Below, piece after piece: positions 1 to 9,184 of a stretch of DNA of 64,000 nt (the stretch's first letter is position 1; the number at the start of each line of letters is the position of its first letter). Position numbers and translations under genes: made by a program. The notes beneath the pieces were generated by a model. It was given only the letters and a program-made list of their open reading frames with translations, ran no database searches and had not been told where the DNA came from. Source of the stretch: Mesotaenium endlicherianum (Eukaryota); the NCBI GenBank assembly GCA_009602735.1, contig WELA01003362.1:1-64000 (forward strand), in the 5' to 3' direction.

Positions 1-754
1 ATTATTAAGGCCAGTCTCATTGCTTTTATTGCCTTTATATACAATTAAAAAGGAGTACAAAATATTAATAGCGGTTTTTGTTTTTATTATTATTTATTTT
101 TTCGTATGCTTTAATTATGATTTGTTAACCCCTTGGACTGATTATCTTAAAATGCTAACATATAGAAGCCATAATTTTGACATCTTATATCGTGAAGAGG
201 CTTATTATCAGGTTTACAATCTTAATCAAATTTTCGGATTAAGAATTCATGAGGGAAATCTTAATTTTATTGGAACTGCTCTTTCAGAACAGACATCTCT
301 TGCATATATTTTCAAAGATAGGTTGCATTTCAATGTATCTATGAAATGTATTTCCGAAGTTTTCTTGAGCTTGTGTTTATTATTTTTCCTTTTGGTAAGA
401 AGAAAAATAGAGTCATTTGATTTGTGGGAATCCTTTCTTCTTTTTACAGTTCTATATTTTGCTAGTGAAATCTCACAACCGGCATATCGACATTCTTATT
501 ATTCAACACAATTGATTTTTCCAACTCTTCTTGTAATGCGTTATTATTCAAATAGGAAATATAAAAGAGAGATTTGCCTTGTATTAGTTGGATTATTATT
601 GACATTTGGATGGTTTGCAAACCCTAAAATAATTGAACAAACAGTAGGCGAAGCTCTTATATACGTTGTTATCTCATTCATTTTATTTATTAAATATAAT
701 AAAGATCGAAAATCGACATTGTTTTCAAGCCACTCTTTTATCACGCCAAATTAA
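1..754 (+). CDS. Multi-pass membrane protein, possibly GT87/DUF2029-like glycosyltransferase; 5' end lies outside the window
   Basis: Frame is open from position 2 (LLRPVSLLLLP...); many hydrophobic segments; polysaccharide-locus context; family call is by resemblance only. Confidence 0.45.
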   Translation, partial: LLRPVSLLLLPLYTIKKEYKILIAVFVFIIIYFFVCFNYDLLTPWTDYLKMLTYRSHNFDILYREEAYYQVYNLNQIFGLRIHEGNLNFIGTALSEQTSLAYIFKDRLHFNVSMKCISEVFLSLCLLFFLLVRRKIESFDLWESFLLFTVLYFASEISQPAYRHSYYSTQLIFPTLLVMRYYSNRKYKREICLVLVGLLLTFGWFANPKIIEQTVGEALIYVVISFILFIKYNKDRKSTLFSSHSFITPN

Positions 755-1307
755 TATAGGTTTTTCAATAAACCAATATGATAAGTTTGCAATAATTAAA
801 ATAAAAAAGAGCAAAATGAGAGACGGGAAGCTATTACTTATTTTTTTTGAAAAAAAGATTTGCTGCCATATATAGATGCTATATGATATCTTTCCGATAT
901 AACAAACAAACCTATTGCTGAAAAGAGAAATGCTGAATTTATTTGTTGTATGAATAGATGCGAACATTAGGTATGAGATGGCTATATTAGATATAAGCCC
1001 GGTGCTCCCACCAAGAGGAATTGTATAAAAACCTAAATGTAGTTTATAAATTGAATTATATTTTGGTAATACACTTGAAAGAAAAACAGCTAGTAAACAG
1101 AAAAAAATGGAAACATTTTTTTTGAAGACTGGCAGTCTTGCCCACGGCAATTCCAATTTATTATTGTAAATAGCAACTAAAGATCCTACCATTAAAGCAT
1201 CTGCCCTTTGGAATATACTAAAAGGATTAATAATCTTAAATTGTAAGTACCCCTAAAATTCGGACAGTTTAAAAAAGTGAGAAAGCACTTAAATTTAAAC
1301 TGTCAAT

Positions 1308-1598
1308 ATGAGAAAATCAAAATTCACCGAAACGCAGATTGTGAAGGCCGTAAAAGACCACGAAGGTGGGCGTAAGGTCGTTGACATCTGTCGTGAACTG
1401 GAGATCAGTTCAAACACTTTTTACAAGTGGCAAAGTAAGTATGGTGGCATGGAAGCCAGCGATGTAAAGCGCATGAAAGAGCTTGAGGAGGAGAACTCCC
1501 GCCTGAAGCGTATGTATGCGAACCTGGCCATGGACAACGAGATCATGCGTGATCTGTTTACAAAAAAAGGCTGGGCCCTGCCACCAAAAGGCAATTAG
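1308..1598 (+). CDS. IS3 transposase OrfA (HTH)
   Basis: MRKSKFTETQIV...FYKWQSKYGGM...ELEEENSRLKRM typical OrfA. Confidence 0.95.
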   Translation: MRKSKFTETQIVKAVKDHEGGRKVVDICRELEISSNTFYKWQSKYGGMEASDVKRMKELEEENSRLKRMYANLAMDNEIMRDLFTKKGWALPPKGN

Positions 1599-1606
1599 TT
1601 GAGGAG

Positions 1607-2401
1607 TTGGTAAGTGTGTCTGGAATGCCAGTGCGCAGGGCCTGTAAAATGCTTCGGCTGCCCCGTTCCCAGTATTATTATGACTCGGTTAAAGACGACA
1701 CTGAGATCATTGAAGCCATGCAGCAACTGGCCTCTGATCATCCGGCGTATGGATTCAGGAAGCTGTATGCCTACTTGAGAAGAGCCGGCAAAGGCTGGAA
1801 TCACAAAAAGGTATACCGGGTGTATAAATTGCTGAAACTTCACAAACGAAGGAAGATGAAACGTCGTCTACCACAACGGGTAAAGCAACCGTTGACCCAG
1901 CAATCAGCCCCGAATTTAAGTTGGAGCATGGACTTTATGAGCGACAGCCTTGCCTGTGGCAGGAAGTTCAGAACCTTCAACATAATTGATGACCATAATC
2001 GCGAAGTATTGGCCATTGAAGTGGCTGTTTCTATCGGAGCCCACAGAGTCATAAGAACCCTGAACCATGTTATCGAAAGCAAGGGAAAGCCTAAGGTGAT
2101 CCGGGTAGACAATGGTCCTGAGTTTACCAGTAAAGAATTGCAGTGGTGGTGCCTGGAACAACAGATACAATTGCAATACATACAACCAGGCAGACCCATG
2201 CAAAACGGATTCATCGAACGCCTCAATGGTTCTTACAGACGGGAAGTATTGGACGCTTATATGTTCTTTGACCTCGAACAGGTGCGCTTATTAACCGAAC
2301 AATGGATTGAAGAATACAATACGCGAAGGCCACATGAAGCACTTAAAAACATGACACCAGTAGAATATGGAAATCAATTTAAAAATCAAATCGTAACTTA
2401 A
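1607..2401 (+). CDS. IS3 transposase OrfB (DDE integrase core), probably expressed as an OrfAB fusion by -1 frameshift
   Basis: WSMDF, VDNGPEF, PGRPMQNGFIERLN, YNTRRPHEAL motifs; A7 slip site at 1562-1568. Confidence 0.95.
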   Translation: MVSVSGMPVRRACKMLRLPRSQYYYDSVKDDTEIIEAMQQLASDHPAYGFRKLYAYLRRAGKGWNHKKVYRVYKLLKLHKRRKMKRRLPQRVKQPLTQQSAPNLSWSMDFMSDSLACGRKFRTFNIIDDHNREVLAIEVAVSIGAHRVIRTLNHVIESKGKPKVIRVDNGPEFTSKELQWWCLEQQIQLQYIQPGRPMQNGFIERLNGSYRREVLDAYMFFDLEQVRLLTEQWIEEYNTRRPHEALKNMTPVEYGNQFKNQIVT

Positions 2402-3137
2402 CAACTGGTCCGAATATAGGGGTACTTACAAAATGATGGGTGATAATAATAAATTATTTTGGAAACGAGAACGAATAATATAATTATACAAGCAATTATT
2501 ACTTTCCGAGACCAACATAATGCTAGAACTAATGCCCATATTATATAGAAATTCTCTTCAACGGATAGTGACCATAAATGAGTTGTTTCCCAATCTAGTT
2601 GCCAGTTATAATATTTGAAAAATAACAAACTTGATAGCCACGAAGAATTAGTAATATGGATGAAGTTTAAAAGGGATAAGACAAAATAGCATGATAATAG
2701 ACAGTAATAAATTGGCAAGATTCTAAAAGCACGTTTTGTGTAAAATGAGCGTAACAATATTTTTTGTTTATGTTTATATTCAGTTGCAAGATGTTTGGTT
2801 ATCAAGAAACCAGATATTATAAAAAAAATATTTACCCCTAATTGCCCATCAAAAAAGAACTGTAATAATATCGGAGGTGAGTAATTCCACACTCGAACAT
2901 TAAAATGATCTAGTAGAACTAACAAAATACTTAAGGCTCTTAAACTGTCTAGGCTGGAAATCCTAGTATAAGGTGATAATTTTAATAATCCTTCTTTCAT
3001 TAGTTGAATAAATTAATGAATTGGCAAGCCTTCTTAATTGAAGTTAAGAATAGATTACATTTAAATAAGTTCTAAATTTCATGTTTTTTTTCTAGCTTAG
3101 TTTTATAAATGAGTATTAAATTATAAATAATGTTATT

Positions 3138-4163
3138 ATGTTGGACAGGCTACGAACTCATACTGAGATTGAAAGTATTGAGGTTATGCGAGTATCAACT
3201 ATCAGAAAATCTTTACTCACTTCCCTAAACTTGCAATCTGAAAAAAAGAACTGTTTAATTATTAATCCAGGGGTGTTAACTGATGAGCTTATATTGAATA
3301 ATTACTTTACAGATAATTATGCGTATAAAACTTGGGATTCTAACTATAAAATCCATGATTTAAAATTTCAACTTAAAGATGAGTTTGATTTAGTGTTACT
3401 TGATCATTCGGGAATTAACAAGTTGCGGGAAGAAGAATTACAAGTAATTAATAACCTCAGAGTTTTAGGAAGACCTGTTTATAGTTTGATTTCTTTTTAT
3501 GAAAGCATTACTGGGCGTATTCCTTTATTACACGTTTCTTCTGATTGGTTTTTTAATGATCATTTATTTTTTGTAGGCAAAAGAAAGAAATTCTTACTAC
3601 TTAAAAGAACAACAGATATTTTAATCAGTCTTTTTATATTACCAATAGCATTACCCTTTGCTTCAATTGGAATGCTTTTAACTAAACTCACTTCTTTTGG
3701 GCCGTCTCTGTTTAAACAACAAAGAATGGGTAGAAATGGGAAGCCATTCTATATTTATAAAATAAGGACAATGATCTATAATCCAAATGGGCATAATGCT
3801 CATACCGTAAAGAACGATAATCGGATTACACCTTTAGGAAATTTTTTAAGGAAGACCAAGATTGATGAACTGCCTCAATTATTTAATGTTCTGAATGGTG
3901 ATATGAGTTTAATCGGCCCAAGGCCGGAAAAGGTAGATATTGTGAGATCTTTAGAAATTGAAAACCCATATTATGCACTTCGACATACTATAAAACCAGG
4001 AGTGAGTGGTTGGGCGCAAGTAAATAATCCAACTGCTACTCCAAATGAAAATCTTGAAAAGTTAGAGTACGATCTTTTTTATGTAAAAAACATGTCTATA
4101 TTTCTGGATATTAAGATATTAATTAAAACTATAAAAGTAATATTCACTTTAAATAGTTTATAA
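3138..4163 (+). CDS. Bacterial sugar transferase (initiating phosphoglycosyl transferase)
   Basis: KIRTM, DNRITPLGNFLRKTKIDELPQLFNVLNGDMSLIGPRP, KPGVSGWAQV motifs. Confidence 0.93.
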   Translation: MLDRLRTHTEIESIEVMRVSTIRKSLLTSLNLQSEKKNCLIINPGVLTDELILNNYFTDNYAYKTWDSNYKIHDLKFQLKDEFDLVLLDHSGINKLREEELQVINNLRVLGRPVYSLISFYESITGRIPLLHVSSDWFFNDHLFFVGKRKKFLLLKRTTDILISLFILPIALPFASIGMLLTKLTSFGPSLFKQQRMGRNGKPFYIYKIRTMIYNPNGHNAHTVKNDNRITPLGNFLRKTKIDELPQLFNVLNGDMSLIGPRPEKVDIVRSLEIENPYYALRHTIKPGVSGWAQVNNPTATPNENLEKLEYDLFYVKNMSIFLDIKILIKTIKVIFTLNSL

Positions 4164-4168
4164 GCTTG

Positions 4169-4299
4169 AAAGAAAAATATAACCACTTCAGGTCGCACAG
4201 TTCACTCGATGATTTAACTCCTGGGGAAGTGGTGAAAATGTATAAAGAAGAACGCCCGATTTTCAACTAATGGGTAGCACTAAAAATGGGAGGAGCTCA
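4169..4299 (+). mobile_element. Right-end remnant of a second, different IS3-family element
   Basis: 4178-4270 reads YNHFRSHSSLDDLTPGEVVKMYKEERPIFN*, matching the OrfB C-terminal YN..RPHSSL...TP motif; followed by a terminal ...GGGAGGAGCTCA ending in CA. Confidence 0.7.
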
Positions 4300-4309
4300 A
4301 GTTTAAGAT

Positions 4310-5929
4310 ATGACGAACAAGTATGAAATTAGCTTACTGAGATTAGGTAAGCTTTTTGTTTTTTTAATGGGGGGATTGCAGGCAACTGCGCAGGGAGTGG
4401 AGATAGGATCGGTAAATGATCAGGCATTGCGGATGTTGCAGTTGCAGGGGAAACTGGATGCAAAGTATTCTCTAATGGCACGACCTTTTTTTTCAGAAGG
4501 AGCCATTACATCTGACAGCATTTATAAACTGATTGATGATAATGCCGGTGTAAATGTGACCAGGAAACGAATAGGAGACAAAGGGGTATTAGAAATTTTC
4601 CCTCTTACCATCAACAGTCAGTTGAATACACATCACCCTTATGGATGGAATCAACCTGGGTTTGTACAGGCGAATGGATGGCAAGGGCTTATTACTGCCG
4701 GCGCTTATACTGCTATTGGGCCATTGAGTATACAGGTAAAGCCTGTAGTAGTATATGCTGCTAACACCGGGTTTGAACATACTAACACCTATGGTGCGGT
4801 AACAAGAGGTAGTTACTCGCGTGTCTTACCCGGCCAATCCAGTATCCGGCTGAATGCCGGACCTGTTTCGTTAGGTATTTCTACGGAAAATCTTTGGTGG
4901 GGGCCGGGTAGTTTTAATTCCTTGCTGATGAGCAATAACGCACCCGGATTCCTACACCTTACTTTCAATTCTACAAGGCCTGTAAAAACTCCCATCGGTA
5001 GTTTTGAATGGCAATTGATGAGTGGAAAACTTTATGAGGATACTATGTTATTAAGGGAAGATAAGAACCTGACTACTACGTATTATAATCCCACGAATTA
5101 TGATGGTAGTGGTTATAGTGGTCCCTATGACCCGCATCAGAAATGGCGATATTTCAATGGTGTTACTATCACTTACCAACCCAAATGGATTAAGGGGCTC
5201 TTCCTGGGCATTAATAGAATAGCCTATGCATACAATGATAGTTTGCAAAGTGGGAATAGCAATTTCTTCCACAGCTATATGCCTGTGATCTTTGGTGTAT
5301 TTAGAGAGAGCTATGCTTACGGAACACGACAAGGGGTTAAAAAAAGGTACAAACAAATGCTAAGCTTGCACGCACGTTATCTATTCCCCCAAGCTCATAC
5401 CGAATTTTATGCTGAATATGGCTGGGGAGATAATCTGCTCAATATCCGAGACTTTGTACTTAATGTACCCCATTCAACTGCATATATTCTGGGTGCCCGA
5501 AAAATGGTTCCTCTAAACGCGAAGAATCAATGGCTGGACTTACAAGCAGAATTGACCAGGCTTTCTCAACCTTCGGATTATATTCCGCGAACCGCAGGTA
5601 ACTGGTATGGCTACCAGGGTGGTTACACGCAACAAAGCCGTATCATTGGAGCTGGCATTGGCCCTGGCAACAATGTACAAACCTTCGCAACTACCTGGGT
5701 GCATGGCTGGAAACGGCTGGGTATCAAACTGGAGCGATTGCAGCATGACCCCAACAATTACACCGTGTACTGGTCTGATTATTCCGTGGGCTTCACCGGC
5801 CAGCAACGTTTTGGTAAATGGATAGCCAGTTCACTCCTGCAATTCATCCAGTCGAAAAACTATACCTGGGAAGCCGGAAAAGACCGCTTCAACTTTTATG
5901 GAACCCTGAACCTTACGTATGTATTCTAA
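4310..5929 (+). CDS. Capsule assembly Wzi-family outer-membrane protein
   Basis: Signal peptide; GISTENLWWGPG..NSLLMSNNAPGF motif; C-terminal aromatic residue (YVF). Confidence 0.85.
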   Translation: MTNKYEISLLRLGKLFVFLMGGLQATAQGVEIGSVNDQALRMLQLQGKLDAKYSLMARPFFSEGAITSDSIYKLIDDNAGVNVTRKRIGDKGVLEIFPLTINSQLNTHHPYGWNQPGFVQANGWQGLITAGAYTAIGPLSIQVKPVVVYAANTGFEHTNTYGAVTRGSYSRVLPGQSSIRLNAGPVSLGISTENLWWGPGSFNSLLMSNNAPGFLHLTFNSTRPVKTPIGSFEWQLMSGKLYEDTMLLREDKNLTTTYYNPTNYDGSGYSGPYDPHQKWRYFNGVTITYQPKWIKGLFLGINRIAYAYNDSLQSGNSNFFHSYMPVIFGVFRESYAYGTRQGVKKRYKQMLSLHARYLFPQAHTEFYAEYGWGDNLLNIRDFVLNVPHSTAYILGARKMVPLNAKNQWLDLQAELTRLSQPSDYIPRTAGNWYGYQGGYTQQSRIIGAGIGPGNNVQTFATTWVHGWKRLGIKLERLQHDPNNYTVYWSDYSVGFTGQQRFGKWIASSLLQFIQSKNYTWEAGKDRFNFYGTLNLTYVF

Positions 5930-7544
5930 GCTACTTTTATTTTTTGCTTTATCCTTTTTGACAATTGGCAAAGGTTGGGGGCAGTCTTTCACTAGCGACC
6001 GGCTTAAAGAGCTTTTTCGCGACCAGCAATTATTGAGTACTTATCAACCCAACCATTCACTCATGGTGAATGCCAACCAGGTACCATTAACCGACCTGGA
6101 TTCGGCCCTAGGCATAAAAGCACAGCAACCTGTCATCGGGTTCCTCCCGGCCCAACTGGTACAGCAATACAACAGCCAGTTGCCTTACGACTGGAACAAT
6201 GGAACCATGATCCCCGCCCGCGGTTACCAGTTACAAGCCTCAGTAGGTGTGCACGCCCAATTGGGCCGCCACCTCGAAATACAACTGGCCCCCGAAGCCG
6301 TACTCGCCGAAAACAAATCCTTTGAACAATTCTCTTCTCAACTGAGCGATAAATCCTGGGCGGCGCGATACCGTTTCTGGAATACCATCGACATGCCCGA
6401 CCGTTTCGGCAATGACCATTACCAGAAACTGTTCCCCGGCCAGTCTTTCATCCGCTACAATACCCGTTCCCTTTCCTTCGGCATTTCTACGCAAAACCTC
6501 TGGTGGGGGCCCGGTTACCGCAACGCGCTCATCATGAGCAGCAACGCCCCCGGCTTCCTGCACGCTACCATCAATACCATCCGCCCGCTGCACACCGGCA
6601 TAGGCGATTTTGAAGGGCAGATCATTGCCGGTAAACTGGATGGCAGTGATGTATTGCCACCTCGCATCTACAGTGTGTACAACGGCCAGTTCCTGTACCA
6701 GCCCAAAAACGATGAATGGCGCTACCTGACCGGGATGGTACTCACCTGGCGACCCAAATGGACACCCAATCTCTTCCTCGGCTTCGCCAAAGCCTCTTAC
6801 CTCTACCACAGCGACATTACCAACCCATTAGATATACTGCCCTTTGAAGGCTTCCTGGGACATAGCCGTACCCAGGCCGAGCGCACTGGTAAAAAAGCTT
6901 CCCTGGGCTCTTTATTCATGCGTTATATCATGCCCAAAGAACAGGCTGAAATGTACCTGGAATACGGCCGCAAAGACATTTCTATGATGCCCTGGAATGT
7001 GCTGCAGAATGCACCTTATCGCAGGGCTTTCACAGGCGGGTTCCGCAAACTCTTCAACTGGAAAAACCAAAGCCATATTCTGCTGGCAGTAGAACTAACG
7101 CAATTACAGGCCCCCGACGCCACCCTCATACGCAACCCCGATAGCTGGTACACGCATGCCTACGTGCGGCAAGGCTATACGCAGCTGGGCCGCCCGCTGG
7201 GCGCCGGCATAGGCCCCGGCAGCAACAGCGAGACACTGGAAATAGCCTGGGTAAAAGGACTGAAAAAAATAGGCATCCAGTTTGAACGCCTCCGCCACAA
7301 CGGCGATTTTTACTATTATGCTTTTGAATCGATCGGTGACTTCCGCCGCAACTGGGTAGACCTTTCCACCACCTTCAAAGCCGATTGGAACTACCAACGT
7401 TTCTTTTTCTCCGGCCAGCTCGGCATCATCCGCTCCCTCAACTACCAATGGCTGGTAATACAGTTAGATCCCCGCAACTATTTTGCACCGGGTAACGAGT
7501 ATTTGAATATCGCCGCTAAAATAGGCGTGGGCTACCGCTTATAA
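5919..7544 (+). CDS. Capsule assembly Wzi-family outer-membrane protein (paralog of upstream gene)
   Basis: GISTQNLWWGPGYRNALIMSSNAPGF and GAGIGPG motifs shared with upstream gene. Confidence 0.85.
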   Translation: MYSKLLLFFALSFLTIGKGWGQSFTSDRLKELFRDQQLLSTYQPNHSLMVNANQVPLTDLDSALGIKAQQPVIGFLPAQLVQQYNSQLPYDWNNGTMIPARGYQLQASVGVHAQLGRHLEIQLAPEAVLAENKSFEQFSSQLSDKSWAARYRFWNTIDMPDRFGNDHYQKLFPGQSFIRYNTRSLSFGISTQNLWWGPGYRNALIMSSNAPGFLHATINTIRPLHTGIGDFEGQIIAGKLDGSDVLPPRIYSVYNGQFLYQPKNDEWRYLTGMVLTWRPKWTPNLFLGFAKASYLYHSDITNPLDILPFEGFLGHSRTQAERTGKKASLGSLFMRYIMPKEQAEMYLEYGRKDISMMPWNVLQNAPYRRAFTGGFRKLFNWKNQSHILLAVELTQLQAPDATLIRNPDSWYTHAYVRQGYTQLGRPLGAGIGPGSNSETLEIAWVKGLKKIGIQFERLRHNGDFYYYAFESIGDFRRNWVDLSTTFKADWNYQRFFFSGQLGIIRSLNYQWLVIQLDPRNYFAPGNEYLNIAAKIGVGYRL

Positions 7545-7545
7545 T

Positions 7546-7593
7546 GATAACTATATTTTACTAAAAAATGTATATTTGTAAAATATACTTATC
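7546..7593 (+). promoter_or_regulatory. Promoter (-7 box TATATTTG at 7571-7578) between 16-bp inverted operator arms of the hipBA-like module
   Basis: GATAACTATATTTTAC (7546-7561) and GTAAAATATACTTATC (7578-7593) are 15/16 inverted repeats. Confidence 0.7.
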
Positions 7594-7596
7594 GTT

Positions 7597-7920
7597 ATGA
7601 AAATAAAAACCACCCCCTTCCTGCCAAGTGTTGCTAAAACACTTGTTTCATTGGGTGAAAATATTAAGCTGGCGAGGTTGCGCAGAAAACTAAGTACAGA
7701 AGAGGTGGCAGAAAGAGCAAACATCAGCCGGCCAACCTTACACTCCATTGAAAAGGGTTCACCGCGTGCATCCATTGGCGCTTACGCACAAGTCCTTTTT
7801 GTATTAAACCTGGAGAAAGATATATTAAAAGTAGCTGCGGATGATATATTAGGCAGAAAGCTTCAGGATGCTGGGCTTACCGTGAAAGAAAGGTCTCCCA
7901 AAAAACCAACGAAAAAATAG
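7597..7920 (+). CDS. XRE-family HTH protein, HipB-like antitoxin
   Basis: LGENIKLARLRRKLSTEEVAERANISRPTLHSIEKG HTH; ends 1 nt before the HipA gene. Confidence 0.88.
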   Translation: MKIKTTPFLPSVAKTLVSLGENIKLARLRRKLSTEEVAERANISRPTLHSIEKGSPRASIGAYAQVLFVLNLEKDILKVAADDILGRKLQDAGLTVKERSPKKPTKK

Positions 7921-7921
7921 C

Positions 7922-9184
7922 ATGGCGCTACATACACAGAAAAAAATATGGGTTTATGCACATTGGCAGGAATTACAACAACCCTTTCTCATGGGCATGC
8001 TTTCTGTGACCCCTGCAAAAGGCAAAGAATCTTTTTCATTTGAATATACTACTGAATGGCTCAAATCCGGTTTCTCTCAAATGATTGATCCGGATTTACA
8101 ACTCTACCCGGGTGCTTATTATCCACGGGATGATAAACCCAATTTTGGTATTTTTCTTGATTCCTGTCCCGACAGATGGGGAAGGGTGCTGATGCAGCGC
8201 AGAGAAGCGGTTTTGGCAAGAGTAGAACAAAGAGCAGCAAAGAAGCTGTTGGAATCAGACTTTTTATTGGGTGTATACGATGGCCACAGAATGGGGGCAT
8301 TGCGCTTTAAATCAGATGAAGACGGGCCATTTTTAAATGATAACAAAGAGATGGCTTCCCCTCCGTGGACTTCATTGAGAGAGTTAGAGCAGGCTAGTTT
8401 AAAGTTTGAAGAAGATCATACGAATGACCCTGAATATTTAAAATGGCTTAACATGCTGATTGCTCCGGGTTCATCATTAGGAGGCGCCAGGCCAAAAGCA
8501 AGTGTAATGGATGCAGCACACAGTTTATGGATTGCAAAATTTCCAAGTAAAAACGATGACAAAGACGTAGCAGCATGGGAGATGGTAACCAACCAACTGG
8601 CAAAAGCAGCCGGCATAAACATAGCGGAAGGGAAGTTGCAACAGTTCAATAATAAGTACCATACCTATCTTACAAAACGCTTTGACAGAACAGCAAAGGG
8701 CGAACGGATACATTTTGCTTCGGCGATGACGCTACTTGGTCATATTGACGGTGATGATGCGTCAGGCGCCAGTTATCTCGAATTACTGGAATTTATTTCA
8801 AGGTATGGCGCAGACGTGGAGAAAGATTTAGAAGAATTATGGAGACGAATAGTTTTCAGTATATGTGTTAAAAATACAGATGACCATCTACGCAATCATG
8901 GCTTTCTGCTTACCCATAAAGGCTGGGTATTATCACCGGCTTATGACATCAATCCCAATGAATACGGAAAAGGCTTGAGCTTGAATATAACAGAAACAGA
9001 CAACTCACTTGATTTAGATTTAGCAGTGGAGGTAGCGGATTATTTTCGTTTATCAGCAGCAAAAGTCAAAGATATTATCCTACAGGTTTCTAATGCGGTA
9101 AAGGGATGGAAAAAACTTGCTGAAAAGGAGAAAATATCAACTGCAGAACAAGAAAGGATGTCTGTAGCGTTTAAGCTTGATTAA
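7922..9184 (+). CDS. hipA: HipA-family Ser/Thr kinase toxin
   Basis: GSSLGGARPKA loop, NTDDHLRNHGFL catalytic motif, LSPAYDINP. Confidence 0.92.
   Translation: MALHTQKKIWVYAHWQELQQPFLMGMLSVTPAKGKESFSFEYTTEWLKSGFSQMIDPDLQLYPGAYYPRDDKPNFGIFLDSCPDRWGRVLMQRREAVLARVEQRAAKKLLESDFLLGVYDGHRMGALRFKSDEDGPFLNDNKEMASPPWTSLRELEQASLKFEEDHTNDPEYLKWLNMLIAPGSSLGGARPKASVMDAAHSLWIAKFPSKNDDKDVAAWEMVTNQLAKAAGINIAEGKLQQFNNKYHTYLTKRFDRTAKGERIHFASAMTLLGHIDGDDASGASYLELLEFISRYGADVEKDLEELWRRIVFSICVKNTDDHLRNHGFLLTHKGWVLSPAYDINPNEYGKGLSLNITETDNSLDLDLAVEVADYFRLSAAKVKDIILQVSNAVKGWKKLAEKEKISTAEQERMSVAFKLD

Larger units (their letters stand above)
1242..2430 (+). mobile_element. Complete IS3-family insertion sequence (IS407-like group), 1189 bp
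   Basis: Terminal IRs TGTAAGTACCCCTAAAATTCGGACAGTT and revcomp TGTAAGTACCCCTATATTCGGACCAGTT; 4-bp target duplication AAAT at 1238-1241 and 2431-2434; orfA/orfB in -1 relative frames. Confidence 0.97.
725..3000 (-). pseudogene. Acyltransferase-3 (OafA/YrhL-like) gene interrupted by an IS3-family element
   Basis: N-half has LDSLRALSILLV..H, GVNIFFIISGFLI and HLWSLSVEENFY; C-half has GKISYSIYIWQ and SYWFIEKP. Removing 1242-2434 rejoins the halves in frame (...HPSF-KIINPFSIFQRADALMVGS...), about 360 aa. Confidence 0.93.
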
